A stretch of 21,953 nt of DNA from a virus (IMGVR_UViG_3300029156_000002:85023-106975); one strand, 5' to 3'; positions 1 through 7,670 are shown, counted from the stretch's first letter. The notes: generated by a model from the sequence alone, not told the origin. Numbers and translations: made by a program.

Positions 1-1
1 C

Positions 2-532
2 GGTATCCTCAGCAAAGCGCTCAAGAATCTGCCGGTACTCATTAGCGATTGTTGCTGACGTGCATGGCTTCCAAATCATGCACGACATCACGCTCTCTAG
101 ATAGTTCGTCAGCCAAAAGAAGTTAGGCAGCGTGTTCTTAATGGTTAGAACAGGTACGCCCATAGCAACGCGTGAGCCTTCTGGCAGCGCCTTGATCTGA
201 ATCGGCAGATAACCTAGGTCGTGGAGCTCGCCAATGTGCTCAACGGTAATAGCGTCAGGCCCAAGGGCGTTGCGCATACGCCGAGCATAATCCGCGACGA
301 CTTCCTCTTTCGGAAGGTCAAAGAAATTTTGCTGAAACGTCTCGATTAGAAAGCTTTCGATGAAGTGTTGCAGGCCAAAGAACACAACGGTGTCGCTCTT
401 GACGCCTAGGCGCTTCGCGATGTGGTTGCTTCGAGGCGTGAAGTTCGAATAAACGACCTCAGTCCCCTCAGGGTATTGGCTACGATGGTCAGCCTTGTAA
501 AAGTCGATTGCGGTGAGTGGATTTATACGCAT
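2..532 (-). CDS. nadV: Nicotinamide phosphoribosyltransferase-like protein (NAMPT/NadV family; probable Namat of NARP1), N-terminal part, truncated by the window edge
   Basis: Not in the ORF track. Manual translation from ATG at 532 gives MRINPLTAIDFYKADHRSQYPEGTEVVYSNFTPRS...FFGLQ...LGYLPIQIKALPEGS...WLTNYLES, with the DxYK..H..QYP, YSNFTPR, FFGLQ and GYLP motifs of NAMPT. The start overlaps the end of the PRS-like gene. Confidence 0.93.
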   Translation of the reverse strand, partial: MRINPLTAIDFYKADHRSQYPEGTEVVYSNFTPRSNHIAKRLGVKSDTVVFFGLQHFIESFLIETFQQNFFDLPKEEVVADYARRMRNALGPDAITVEHIGELHDLGYLPIQIKALPEGSRVAMGVPVLTIKNTLPNFFWLTNYLESVMSCMIWKPCTSATIANEYRQILERFAEDT

Positions 533-1272
533 GTCAAAATTCCTTCGTCGTCGATTGTAAAGATTTGGTCGATGATGCCGTCGAATACATCGAGACCCTT
601 CGAAAAGATGCCGTGAGTTACGAATAAGCTAACGTTTTTGGCATTGTGCTTCCTGAGAGCCTTTCCCAGCTCAATGAACGTCCGGCCCCCATCGCAGATA
701 TCGTCTACGATCAGACATTCTTTACCTGATACTCGAACAGGATCAAGAATTTTTGTTTCTATAATTTCTCCTGTTCGCGAGTCTCGGACCTTCGTTGCCA
801 TGACGTAAGGACGTTTCTGCTTCTGGATCTTCTTCTCTGCGCCAGCATCGGGGCAGACGATCAATTTGTCTGCGAAAGCAGCGCCTTTTAGCAATGAATG
901 TTGTTCAATTACAGTTACGTTATTGAGCAAAGCTGGCGTAACGTCTGAGTGAGGATCGATGATCACAACCTTCTCAATATTCATGCCGTTAATCAGGTTA
1001 GTCATTACCTTTACGCTGAGCGCCTCGCCTTCGTTGCACACGCGGTCTTGTCTTGCATATGGAAAGTAAGGGATCGTCAGTTTGGTAATTTTAGTCCCAG
1101 ACCGTTGAACCGCATCATTCAGAAGCAAAAGCTCCATGATGTCACGCGAGCTTTTCAGGTTCGCATAGACATTCACTCTTAATGATAGACGCTGAAATTT
1201 AACGTGTACCTCTCCGCCTGGAAAGGTAGAGGTCTCGTGCGTTGAACCTTCAATTCTTATGTTTGACTTCAT
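523..1272 (-). CDS. prs: Ribose-phosphate pyrophosphokinase-like protein (probable ADPR-PP synthetase, Adps, of NARP1)
   Basis: Motifs FPGGE, IPYFPYARQDR, DPHS, PDAGA, LIVDDICDGGRTF and VTHGIFS. Short 249 aa phage-type form, directly upstream of the NAMPT-like gene. Confidence 0.93.
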   Translation of the reverse strand: MKSNIRIEGSTHETSTFPGGEVHVKFQRLSLRVNVYANLKSSRDIMELLLLNDAVQRSGTKITKLTIPYFPYARQDRVCNEGEALSVKVMTNLINGMNIEKVVIIDPHSDVTPALLNNVTVIEQHSLLKGAAFADKLIVCPDAGAEKKIQKQKRPYVMATKVRDSRTGEIIETKILDPVRVSGKECLIVDDICDGGRTFIELGKALRKHNAKNVSLFVTHGIFSKGLDVFDGIIDQIFTIDDEGILTCV

Positions 1273-1656
1273 CTAAGCAACTCCCCATGCAGCAAGCGAA
1301 ATAGCAATCAAGCTAAAAAGAAATGATGGAATTATTAGCCACGCAACGCAGAGGTGCCCCCTAACGTCGGTTTTGTGTGGATCGTTATAGCTTACAGAAA
1401 GAAATGCAAAGGCAAATAAACACGCGCATGCAAGCCCACAGCCCATGAATAGGAAGTTTTTGTTGGTTATGGCAAAGCCAAGTGGCATTTGCATGAGAAA
1501 GCAACCGGCGGCTATCCAAGGAAGCATTTTCGTAGGAATGGAGCTCCGAATCTTTTTCATTTTAGCTGCTCTGATGCGTGCACGCTTGCGACGCTCACAA
1601 GGCTTACAACGCTTGCTGTAATTGATGTCCTTAGATGATTGTTTATATGGACTCAT
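1273..1656 (-). CDS. Hypothetical membrane protein (basic CxxC N-terminus, about 3 TM segments)
   Basis: CKPC followed by an Arg/Lys-rich stretch and three hydrophobic segments. GAGGGA lies upstream of the ATG, and the TAG stop abuts the next ATG. Confidence 0.7.
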   Translation of the reverse strand: MSPYKQSSKDINYSKRCKPCERRKRARIRAAKMKKIRSSIPTKMLPWIAAGCFLMQMPLGFAITNKNFLFMGCGLACACLFAFAFLSVSYNDPHKTDVRGHLCVAWLIIPSFLFSLIAISLAAWGVA

Positions 1657-1695
1657 TGTCCGGTCCCTCTGATTGTTCTGATTCGCTTCGACAGC

Positions 1696-1941
1696 TCATC
1701 GCTTTGCCGCTCTCCTCTTCCTTGCCCTTAGCTTATCTTTCGGAATCTCCCAGCCATGATCCTTTAGCGCTTGGTACCAAGCTTCGTCGTCGTGTTCGAT
1801 GCTATCAACATCCCATTCGTATTGCAAGAGTTCTCCGAGAATTTCGAAGTAAAACTTTCGCCTCCGCTCTTTCGTTGCCTTGACTTTGTCAAAGCCGCGG
1901 ATAATAGCTAGAACCAAGTGATCTACGTTCTGTGTTGCCAT
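1696..1941 (-). CDS. Hypothetical protein, 81 aa
   Basis: Tiles the minus-strand operon; its ATG directly follows the upstream TGA. Confidence 0.65.
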   Translation of the reverse strand: MATQNVDHLVLAIIRGFDKVKATKERRRKFYFEILGELLQYEWDVDSIEHDDEAWYQALKDHGWEIPKDKLRARKRRAAKR

Positions 1942-2331
1942 TCAGCCCGTATGCGCGATAGCAAAAACGCCAGGTTCAGAGAGTTCGAAGCCAAGCTCTT
2001 CAAGAACTTTGCGGGCATGCTTCAGAGCTTTGAGTTCTCCAGGTCCTGCCGGCGAAAATTCTTTTAGCGAAACCGGTTGCATGTCAAATGCATACAGCGA
2101 ACAAGACCTAACTACAAGCATTGTTGTCTGAAAACATCGATCCCACTCGACATGTCCACTCACATCCGTACTCAAAACTGATCCAGAACCACACAGCTCT
2201 TCACCAAGTAACTTTTTAATTACATCACAGGGATGCATGCCATCTATGTAAAGCTCTTCCTGCTTGTCTTGCGAAGGTTCCTGAAACACTTCACACCCAT
2301 AAACTATACTAACTGATGTGCTTTGGCCCAT
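1942..2331 (-). CDS. Hypothetical protein, 129 aa
   Basis: Tight operon packing with no recognisable motif. Confidence 0.7.
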   Translation of the reverse strand: MGQSTSVSIVYGCEVFQEPSQDKQEELYIDGMHPCDVIKKLLGEELCGSGSVLSTDVSGHVEWDRCFQTTMLVVRSCSLYAFDMQPVSLKEFSPAGPGELKALKHARKVLEELGFELSEPGVFAIAHTG

Positions 2332-2336
2332 AAATT

Positions 2337-2519
2337 CTACTTGTTGTTGGCCAATTTCTGATCATCTGGGGAAAGTTTGATGTCGTTAGCTTCAATGAAT
2401 TTTGCTGCATTATCTAGCGCCTCAAATACGGCAAGGCGAACTTCTGTGTTGTGGTTGAAATTAGGATCGTTTCGCAAGATGGAACTGAAGCGAAGGAAGT
2501 TAGTGATTTTTTCATTCAT
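2337..2519 (-). CDS. Hypothetical protein, 60 aa
   Basis: Fills the gap between neighbours with 4-5 nt spacers. Confidence 0.6.
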   Translation of the reverse strand: MNEKITNFLRFSSILRNDPNFNHNTEVRLAVFEALDNAAKFIEANDIKLSPDDQKLANNK

Positions 2520-2523
2520 GTGT

Positions 2524-2835
2524 CTAGCCCGATGAGTCGCACATTACCGCGACTTTATAAAGAAAGCTGCGCTGAGATGCTGGACGTTTGCTATTTTCGT
2601 CGACAATCCATTTACGTAAACGTTGATCCGGTTGCAATTTGAATTTTTCGGCTGTACTCTCGATGACTTCGCTGCTGATAAGCTTGTATGTTTGTCCGCT
2701 ATGGAACGAAAGTTTATACAGCTCTGCGATTTCCTTATGCATCAACGGACGATCTGATGTTATTTCATAGTAATGTTCATTCAAACAACGTCCAACATTT
2801 TTCGATCCAGTAGATTCAATTTGAAGTTTAATCAT
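2524..2835 (-). CDS. Hypothetical protein, 103 aa
   Basis: AAGAGGT Shine-Dalgarno-like sequence upstream of the ATG; operon packing. Confidence 0.7.
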   Translation of the reverse strand: MIKLQIESTGSKNVGRCLNEHYYEITSDRPLMHKEIAELYKLSFHSGQTYKLISSEVIESTAEKFKLQPDQRLRKWIVDENSKRPASQRSFLYKVAVMCDSSG

Positions 2836-2854
2836 ATTTGATTACCTCTTGCGT

Positions 2855-2941
2855 TTACAGAGAGAAACGCCTCTCACAACTTAAGTCTCTGCGGACTTCA
2901 GGTAATACGTCTTTTTCTGCTTTATACGTTGTGATTTTCAT
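2855..2941 (-). CDS. Putative 28 aa microprotein MKITTYKAEKDVLPEVRRDLSCERRFSL
   Basis: ATG overlaps the TGA of the HD gene (ATGA). It fills the otherwise empty gap and is below the ORF-track cutoff. Confidence 0.45.
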   Translation of the reverse strand: MKITTYKAEKDVLPEVRRDLSCERRFSL

Positions 2942-3432
2942 GTCAATGTTCTTAGGTTCAACCAAAATAGCTTTAGTGCTAGTTCTGCGTTCTGAGGATC
3001 CGCCCCAACAGCGGACATAAACTGCGGAAATTCCTCAGCATACTTCGCTCGCATCTTTTCATTTTCAATGCTCTGCTTCATATTCGCCAACCTATCGGCT
3101 AGCTTGACCTGCTTGGTTCGCCAATCATGCCAAGCTAGCTTTTCATACGTCTTCCATTTTCGTATCGCGCGGGTTTCGCCTGGTTCGTCCGTGCAGCCAT
3201 CGACAATGCGCGCGACGGCGCCGCCAAACGTTTCGCGAATCTCTGTCAACGTTACGTCCGTATCCTCTACCACGTCATGCAACCATGCCCCGGCGATCAT
3301 CTCAGGCGTTGCGTTAGGTAGCAAGTTCTCTGCAACTGAGGACAAGTGGAATTCGTATGGAAGCTCTCCGTACTTCATGCCCTTATGAGCCTGAATTGCA
3401 AAGTATGTCGCTCGTGTAACTAAATTTGTCAC
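2938..3432 (-). CDS. HD-domain small alarmone hydrolase-like protein (SpoT-HD/Mesh1 family)
   Basis: AH.G...G..PY..H, LHDVVEDT and VKLADRLAN motifs, with no synthetase domain. Likely start is GTG at 3432 (GGAG upstream, GTGA overlap); the ORF track extends it to 3489. Confidence 0.88.
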   Translation of the reverse strand: MTNLVTRATYFAIQAHKGMKYGELPYEFHLSSVAENLLPNATPEMIAGAWLHDVVEDTDVTLTEIRETFGGAVARIVDGCTDEPGETRAIRKWKTYEKLAWHDWRTKQVKLADRLANMKQSIENEKMRAKYAEEFPQFMSAVGADPQNAELALKLFWLNLRTLT

Positions 3433-4259
3433 TTTCTCCAAGCCTTCCGGACGTCGTTCTTTGTCCGGCACCCTCCAGCCTGAATGCATTTAGCGAGCGA
3501 GCGAAAGTAGTGCGCAGCGATTGAGACATCGTTCCTGTCGAGTTGCGCTGGATCCCAGCACCCGTCTTTGTCTTTCAGATACTTGAATGCGATTGCGTTG
3601 TTGTCGATCGGCCCACGTGCCCCAAACTGCTCGTAGTCTGGCGAAGATGAAAGCCAAGCACGCTTCATCTTGTTCGTTAGCTTCGTCTTGAACGGCCACT
3701 CTCTAGCGAGCTCCCACGTTGCTTGCGGCTGAAGCTTCTTCGTGTCTACTACATGGTAAAGGCACGTCTCGGGCTTGATATAGCCAGCAAATTTGCCATT
3801 CAACCAAAATCGCCACGCAGTTGGCCGATCGCGATCGTGGATTTGGCTGCCGTCGATTCGTGATACGATCTTATTTCCCCGGCTTGAGTGATAAACGCGA
3901 TGCATGCAATAGTCAACCAAAGCTTTTGTGCGTACACGCACACTTTTCCCCTTGGCGTTCTTGTAGAGCTGCTTTTCGCTGGCAAAATTAAAAATCTCCG
4001 CCCTGCACGCTTCATAAGGGCGACTATATCTATCCGTCTCCGGAAATCCATCAGGTATAGGCGAAGGCGCCTGAGGCTCTTCAGGCACGTCCGTAAGCGG
4101 CTCTACCAGCTTCGTGGAGGGACCAGCCTTCCAAGGGATAACAAACGATTCTGAGGCCTCCTGAGAAGGCTCAGCGGCTTTGTGCGCTTTCGCTCGCTCT
4201 TTCGTACAGCTTAGAGCGGAAACGCTCATAAACAAGATAAGAAATAGATATTTGATCAT
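3429..4259 (-). CDS. Lipoprotein with Pro-rich linker and possible divergent lysozyme/lytic transglycosylase-like domain
   Basis: Signal peptide with lipobox (SALS-C), AGAGGA RBS and a Pro/Glu-rich linker. HSSRGN, GARGP and WDPAQL...IAAHY loosely recall SLT motifs (function is inference). Confidence 0.7.
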   Translation of the reverse strand: MIKYLFLILFMSVSALSCTKERAKAHKAAEPSQEASESFVIPWKAGPSTKLVEPLTDVPEEPQAPSPIPDGFPETDRYSRPYEACRAEIFNFASEKQLYKNAKGKSVRVRTKALVDYCMHRVYHSSRGNKIVSRIDGSQIHDRDRPTAWRFWLNGKFAGYIKPETCLYHVVDTKKLQPQATWELAREWPFKTKLTNKMKRAWLSSSPDYEQFGARGPIDNNAIAFKYLKDKDGCWDPAQLDRNDVSIAAHYFRSLAKCIQAGGCRTKNDVRKAWRK

Positions 4260-4269
4260 GGTTCCTCTT

Positions 4270-4581
4270 TTAGCGCCGCAACTTTTCTAGTTGTCGTTTT
4301 GGCGCAACACAAGTCATGTGCTTGAAGATCTGCTGTCGTTGGACTTCAAAGCAATCATTCTTGTCGCATTTTGTCTCTATGCTTTTTTCAGTTTTCGTCT
4401 CTACTTCGTGGGGTTTGCCTTGCACACAATCAAAGCCACGAATCTTCTTGATTTCTTGCGTTTCAGCTTGTTTTGCAGAGCTAGCCAAAGCAACGCTCGA
4501 AGCCTCTTCGCTGGGAAGTTTAGTTGCTGTTGATTTGCACGCTGCCATCAAAAGAACTGAGGCTATAATTTTCTTGTTCAT
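4270..4581 (-). CDS. Small Cys-containing lipoprotein
   Basis: MNKKIIASVLLMAA-C lipobox and four further Cys residues. Confidence 0.75.
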   Translation of the reverse strand: MNKKIIASVLLMAACKSTATKLPSEEASSVALASSAKQAETQEIKKIRGFDCVQGKPHEVETKTEKSIETKCDKNDCFEVQRQQIFKHMTCVAPKRQLEKLRR

Positions 4582-4582
4582 G

Positions 4583-4984
4583 TTAATTTCCCATACTTTC
4601 AGCTAAAAGGTTGATGATGCGATCGCGTGTCTCGCTCGCAGCGACTTTTGAATCACACGGATATGAGACTGAGACGCAGTCTCCTTGGATCAATACGTTA
4701 CGATCATCTGATGAAATGGCAGCGATTTGATCTGTGCGTACAATGTCACCTGATGGCAAGCGAATGTAAGACAGCAAAGGCCCGTCGTAAGGGCGCTGAG
4801 GCTCTTGTCTGGCTTCGGTTTCAGCCAACATGTTCACTAGCACATCAAAGTTTTTGTTTGTGTTCGAGGAATTCTTTTCAAGGGCTTTGTTGTGGGCCTC
4901 TTGCAAACGAAAGGTACCTGCTACAAGCAGAAGTGAAAGGACGCCAATAAGCAAAACCATAGTCAGAAGTGTCGTAGTTAGCAC
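4583..4984 (-). CDS. Hypothetical protein with N-terminal TM helix
   Basis: Hydrophobic residues about 5-25 followed by a soluble domain; GGAGGA upstream. Confidence 0.72.
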   Translation of the reverse strand: MLTTTLLTMVLLIGVLSLLLVAGTFRLQEAHNKALEKNSSNTNKNFDVLVNMLAETEARQEPQRPYDGPLLSYIRLPSGDIVRTDQIAAISSDDRNVLIQGDCVSVSYPCDSKVAASETRDRIINLLAESMGN

Positions 4985-5382
4985 GTAATGTCTTCCTCCC
5001 AGCGAGCATTCATTTTTTCGATCACATCTTGCGGAACGCCGTGAACATTACCAAATTGGTTTTGGCACTCAACGACAAACACCTTATAGCCTAGGCGCTC
5101 AGCGAGCTCAAAATATTTCTGCGCCTCAGATTTTCGGGAGAAGGTGTTATGCACAGCGATCGTATCCACGCGCTCACGCATACAGGCTTCTACGTACTTG
5201 AAACACTCAGCGTGACAGTATGCCAGCTGCTCGATCCTAAAATCATAGTTGCCATCGTCATCGATCATGTAATCGTCTGCCGCTACGTTTGCGTTTGGTG
5301 CAAGCTCGTGTGCCAATGTCGACTTTCCAGAACCCGGCAGCCCCCTTACAAGAAACAGCCGTTTCATATTTTCTTGGTTCAT
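4978..5382 (-). CDS. P-loop kinase (AAA_33 / polynucleotide-kinase-like family)
   Basis: LVRGLPGSGKST Walker A, ADDY, V.NTF and C-terminal HGVP..VI.KM..RWE signature. Start placed at ATG 5382 because the ATG at 5400 lies within the promoter. Confidence 0.85.
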   Translation of the reverse strand: MNQENMKRLFLVRGLPGSGKSTLAHELAPNANVAADDYMIDDDGNYDFRIEQLAYCHAECFKYVEACMRERVDTIAVHNTFSRKSEAQKYFELAERLGYKVFVVECQNQFGNVHGVPQDVIEKMNARWEEDITC

Positions 5383-5390
5383 GATGCTAG

Positions 5391-5419
5391 AACGTAACAT
5401 GATCGGGAACTCATGTCAA
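5391..5419 (-). promoter_or_regulatory. sigma70-type promoter
   Basis: Minus strand TTGACA (5419-5414), 17 bp spacer ending TGT, then TACGTT (5396-5391). It has an extended -10 TG and lies immediately downstream of a terminator. Confidence 0.8.
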
Positions 5420-5421
5420 CC

Positions 5422-5462
5422 AAAAGAAAAAGCCCGCCAAGCGAAAAACCTGGCGGGCTTTT
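5422..5462 (-). terminator. Intrinsic terminator, potentially bidirectional
   Basis: Inverted repeat AAAAGCCCGCCA / TGGCGGGCTTTT with an 11 nt loop, followed on the minus strand by TTTTTCTTTT. Confidence 0.88.
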
Positions 5463-5482
5463 GATGTAAGGGGCTTTCCTAG

Positions 5483-5635
5483 TTAGAGCGGGTCTTGTCC
5501 CTGCTCGATAGCTCTAGCAGCCAAGCTGCTAAAAGCATTAGGCAGGCTTTGCTCTCGAAAAAACTCTCCAGCTGCAACGCTAGTTGGATTAGCGTTATTC
5601 CTCCTGATCCGTCCATCCGAAGCAGGATACGGCAT
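5483..5635 (-). CDS. Putative 50 aa protein MPYPASDGRIRRNNANPTSVAAGEFFREQSLPNAFSSLAARAIEQGQDPL
   Basis: Manual translation; fills the gap between the upstream ORF and the terminator. No clear RBS. Confidence 0.45.
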   Translation of the reverse strand: MPYPASDGRIRRNNANPTSVAAGEFFREQSLPNAFSSLAARAIEQGQDPL

Positions 5636-5653
5636 GCGCGCGTTATCGCTTAT

Positions 5654-6025
5654 TTACCGAAACCAAACCTTTCCAACCAGCGTTCTTGTATGATTGCCGT
5701 CTTCGTCGTAGAAGCCGCCGATCTTGTCTGTCACAGAGTCGATCAATTCGATCGGCTTCTTGTTTCCGCGGCGCCGACCATCACGCATCGCCAAAAATGA
5801 ATCGTTGTCGTCAACGTCGCCGTTCTCTACAAGCTCTGTCAGATCGACCGCAACAGAGAAGGCGATTTTCTTCAGGCGGATGTCTCGTTCAAATTCTTCA
5901 AACTGACTCCATGGAAGCTGAAACCCAACAACCTGAACGTCAGGTTGCCCCTTAGCCTCACGGTTAATAACCGCAAAGCCTCGGGGCATTTCTCGCTTGA
6001 CCTTCTCTAAATGAATGAAGCTCAT
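5654..6025 (-). CDS. Hypothetical protein, 123 aa
   Basis: Operon packing with no recognisable motif. Confidence 0.7.
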   Translation of the reverse strand: MSFIHLEKVKREMPRGFAVINREAKGQPDVQVVGFQLPWSQFEEFERDIRLKKIAFSVAVDLTELVENGDVDDNDSFLAMRDGRRRGNKKPIELIDSVTDKIGGFYDEDGNHTRTLVGKVWFR

Positions 6026-6040
6026 GACGAGAATGAGCCT

Positions 6041-6433
6041 TTAGCTTCCTGTCGCTTGGCTTTCAGTATCCGAAGAGAACAGGATCGCAGCGGGGGAAGT
6101 TCCGCTAGGCGGAACAGGGGTTGCCGCTGTGCCTCCTGCTGTGCCTCCCTCTTCAGTCAAGCCCAACGCAGGGGCAGCGACCTTATAGACCTTCTCAAGC
6201 TTATCTAGGCTGTCTGAGGCATGAGTAATCGCGCTCTTTAGCTGAGCGCATGCGCGGCGTTTATCTGCTGGGAGCTCCGCAACATCGCAAGCAACTTTTG
6301 CCGCCAAGTGCATTGTGTCTAGCGCCTTTTGCGTGGGAGCAAAAGCGGTGCTAGGTTTTTTCAGAAGCGCACACGAGGCGGCGCCAGAGAGAAGCAGGAA
6401 AATTGCGATGTAAATGTGTTTAATGTTTTTCAT
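6041..6433 (-). CDS. Lipoprotein, helical core with a low-complexity G/T/A/P/S tail
   Basis: Start at ATG 6433 (ATGA overlap) gives MKNIKHIYIAIFLLLSGAAS-C, a signal peptide with lipobox. Confidence 0.75.
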   Translation of the reverse strand: MKNIKHIYIAIFLLLSGAASCALLKKPSTAFAPTQKALDTMHLAAKVACDVAELPADKRRACAQLKSAITHASDSLDKLEKVYKVAAPALGLTEEGGTAGGTAATPVPPSGTSPAAILFSSDTESQATGS

Positions 6434-6636
6434 TTTAGGGCCTTGAAGTTTTTCGTAATGGTAAGGACTGCTGCGCACATGATCGGGACAAGCGGAACGC
6501 TCATGATCACTGCAGGAACAATTCCACCGTAAGCACCAACGCTACCAACTAGCGTCAGCATAAAGAATGCGAGCATAACAACACCAATGCTGGTGTGCAA
6601 CCCGTAACCGAATTCATCTGGATAATTGAGGCTCAT
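6430..6636 (-). CDS. Small two-TM membrane protein (holin-like topology)
   Basis: Two hydrophobic segments and a basic C-terminus (KNFKALK); ATGA overlaps on both sides. Confidence 0.7.
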   Translation of the reverse strand: MSLNYPDEFGYGLHTSIGVVMLAFFMLTLVGSVGAYGGIVPAVIMSVPLVPIMCAAVLTITKNFKALK

Positions 6637-6959
6637 TTTTTCTTCTTGGGTTTGTTTTTGGGTTTGACGTAATCGATTCCTAGATGCCAGATTAGCATGA
6701 TCGCATTCGTAGCTAAAAGAATTAGGTGGTGCTGGCCGGTCTCTTCATCGATGTCCGGCTCTGTAGGATCTGTGAACTTCTCACCGTGGCGACGGAGAGC
6801 GGACTTGTGCTCGTTGACCCGTGCTTCTCTGTCGCCATTGTCTTGCGTCCAATCCCAAGGTGCATATTTGAATGCACCACAAAGAAACCCTCCAGCGATC
6901 GCCCGCAAAGGCCTGGCTGGAATCAACCACAAAGGGGCTTTATTTCCTAGTTCTTTCAT
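6633..6959 (-). CDS. dATP/dGTP diphosphohydrolase-domain protein (DUF5664-like)
   Basis: K..L.LIP, GA.KY..W.W, ALRRH and DEETGQHHL...A.N...L pattern. Probable start is ATG 6959 (TAATG overlap); alternative TTG at 6980. Confidence 0.82.
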   Translation of the reverse strand: MKELGNKAPLWLIPARPLRAIAGGFLCGAFKYAPWDWTQDNGDREARVNEHKSALRRHGEKFTDPTEPDIDEETGQHHLILLATNAIMLIWHLGIDYVKPKNKPKKKK

Positions 6960-7474
6960 TAGAATTTGATCTTTCGCCAATCGGCTGTGTCGTCATGGAC
7001 GCTATCAACGCTAGGAAACGCTGTCAAGCCTTTTTTTTCCGCAGCCTCTTTTCTGACCTGCTTTGAGATTTTCTTGAATCTTCTCAGATGCTTAGCTTCA
7101 TGTTTTTCGAGCTTTCGAGCAGCTTGGATCCGTTCTTCTTCAGCCAAGAAGGATTCGTTTCTAGGGACATGGCTGGGGCACCAGGACTCGTCGCCATCCC
7201 AAAAGACACACGCATTTTCGCAAACACGCTTTCGGCGCTTGACAAACTTGCCTCGGCCTGTTTTGACTTTAACGATCTTGACATAGCAGCACTTATATGG
7301 CCGAGGCTTGCCCGGTCCTTTGTGATAGAGAACGGTGCCACAATCGCCGCAACGGTATCGGCGAATAGAAACGCTTGCGATTGGTTGCAAATCAGCATGT
7401 TTGCATTTGAGCTTCTTGATCCTGATCGGTTCAAGAGTGCTACAGTAGGTGGGACCCCACTTAATCGGTTTCAT
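6959..7474 (-). CDS. Basic Cys-rich (zinc-binding) hypothetical protein
   Basis: CKH, CGDC, CC, C...C and CPSH motifs; very Lys/Arg-rich. Likely ATG at 7474; the ORF track extends it to 7525. Confidence 0.68.
   Translation of the reverse strand: MKPIKWGPTYCSTLEPIRIKKLKCKHADLQPIASVSIRRYRCGDCGTVLYHKGPGKPRPYKCCYVKIVKVKTGRGKFVKRRKRVCENACVFWDGDESWCPSHVPRNESFLAEEERIQAARKLEKHEAKHLRRFKKISKQVRKEAAEKKGLTAFPSVDSVHDDTADWRKIKF
6999..7027 (-). promoter_or_regulatory. Internal sigma70-type promoter
   Basis: Minus strand A-tract, TTGACA (7027-7022), 17 bp spacer ending TGA, then TAGCGT (7004-6999). Same architecture as the 5391-5419 promoter. Confidence 0.65.
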
Positions 7475-7670
7475 ACGTCTCGTTCGCGTAAAGGATTGCT
7501 TCGTTTTTGTGCTTCCTAACGCCAAGCAGACGCTTGCAACAATGCGGGTGATGCTTTCCTAGCTCCGAATCAAGATCGCCAGGCCAAAACATACGTGCCC
7601 AGGTCATGCAAGCGCACTCCCCAGGCATCGTGTGCGTGTCCTTTGTGTTGTGGCGGACACCAAAGAGCAT
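7461..7670 (-). CDS. Small Cys/His-rich hypothetical protein
   Basis: CAC...HHPHCC; ATG lies 1 nt after the upstream stop. Confidence 0.55.
   Translation of the reverse strand: MLFGVRHNTKDTHTMPGECACMTWARMFWPGDLDSELGKHHPHCCKRLLGVRKHKNEAILYANETYETD

Noticed and set aside
2920-2946. TTGACA...TATAAA on the minus strand
   Set aside because: The spacer is only 14 bp and it lies in coding sequence.
6125-6148. Short tandem repeat GCTGTGCCTCC, two copies
   Set aside because: It encodes the GGTAGGTA low-complexity tail and is not an array.
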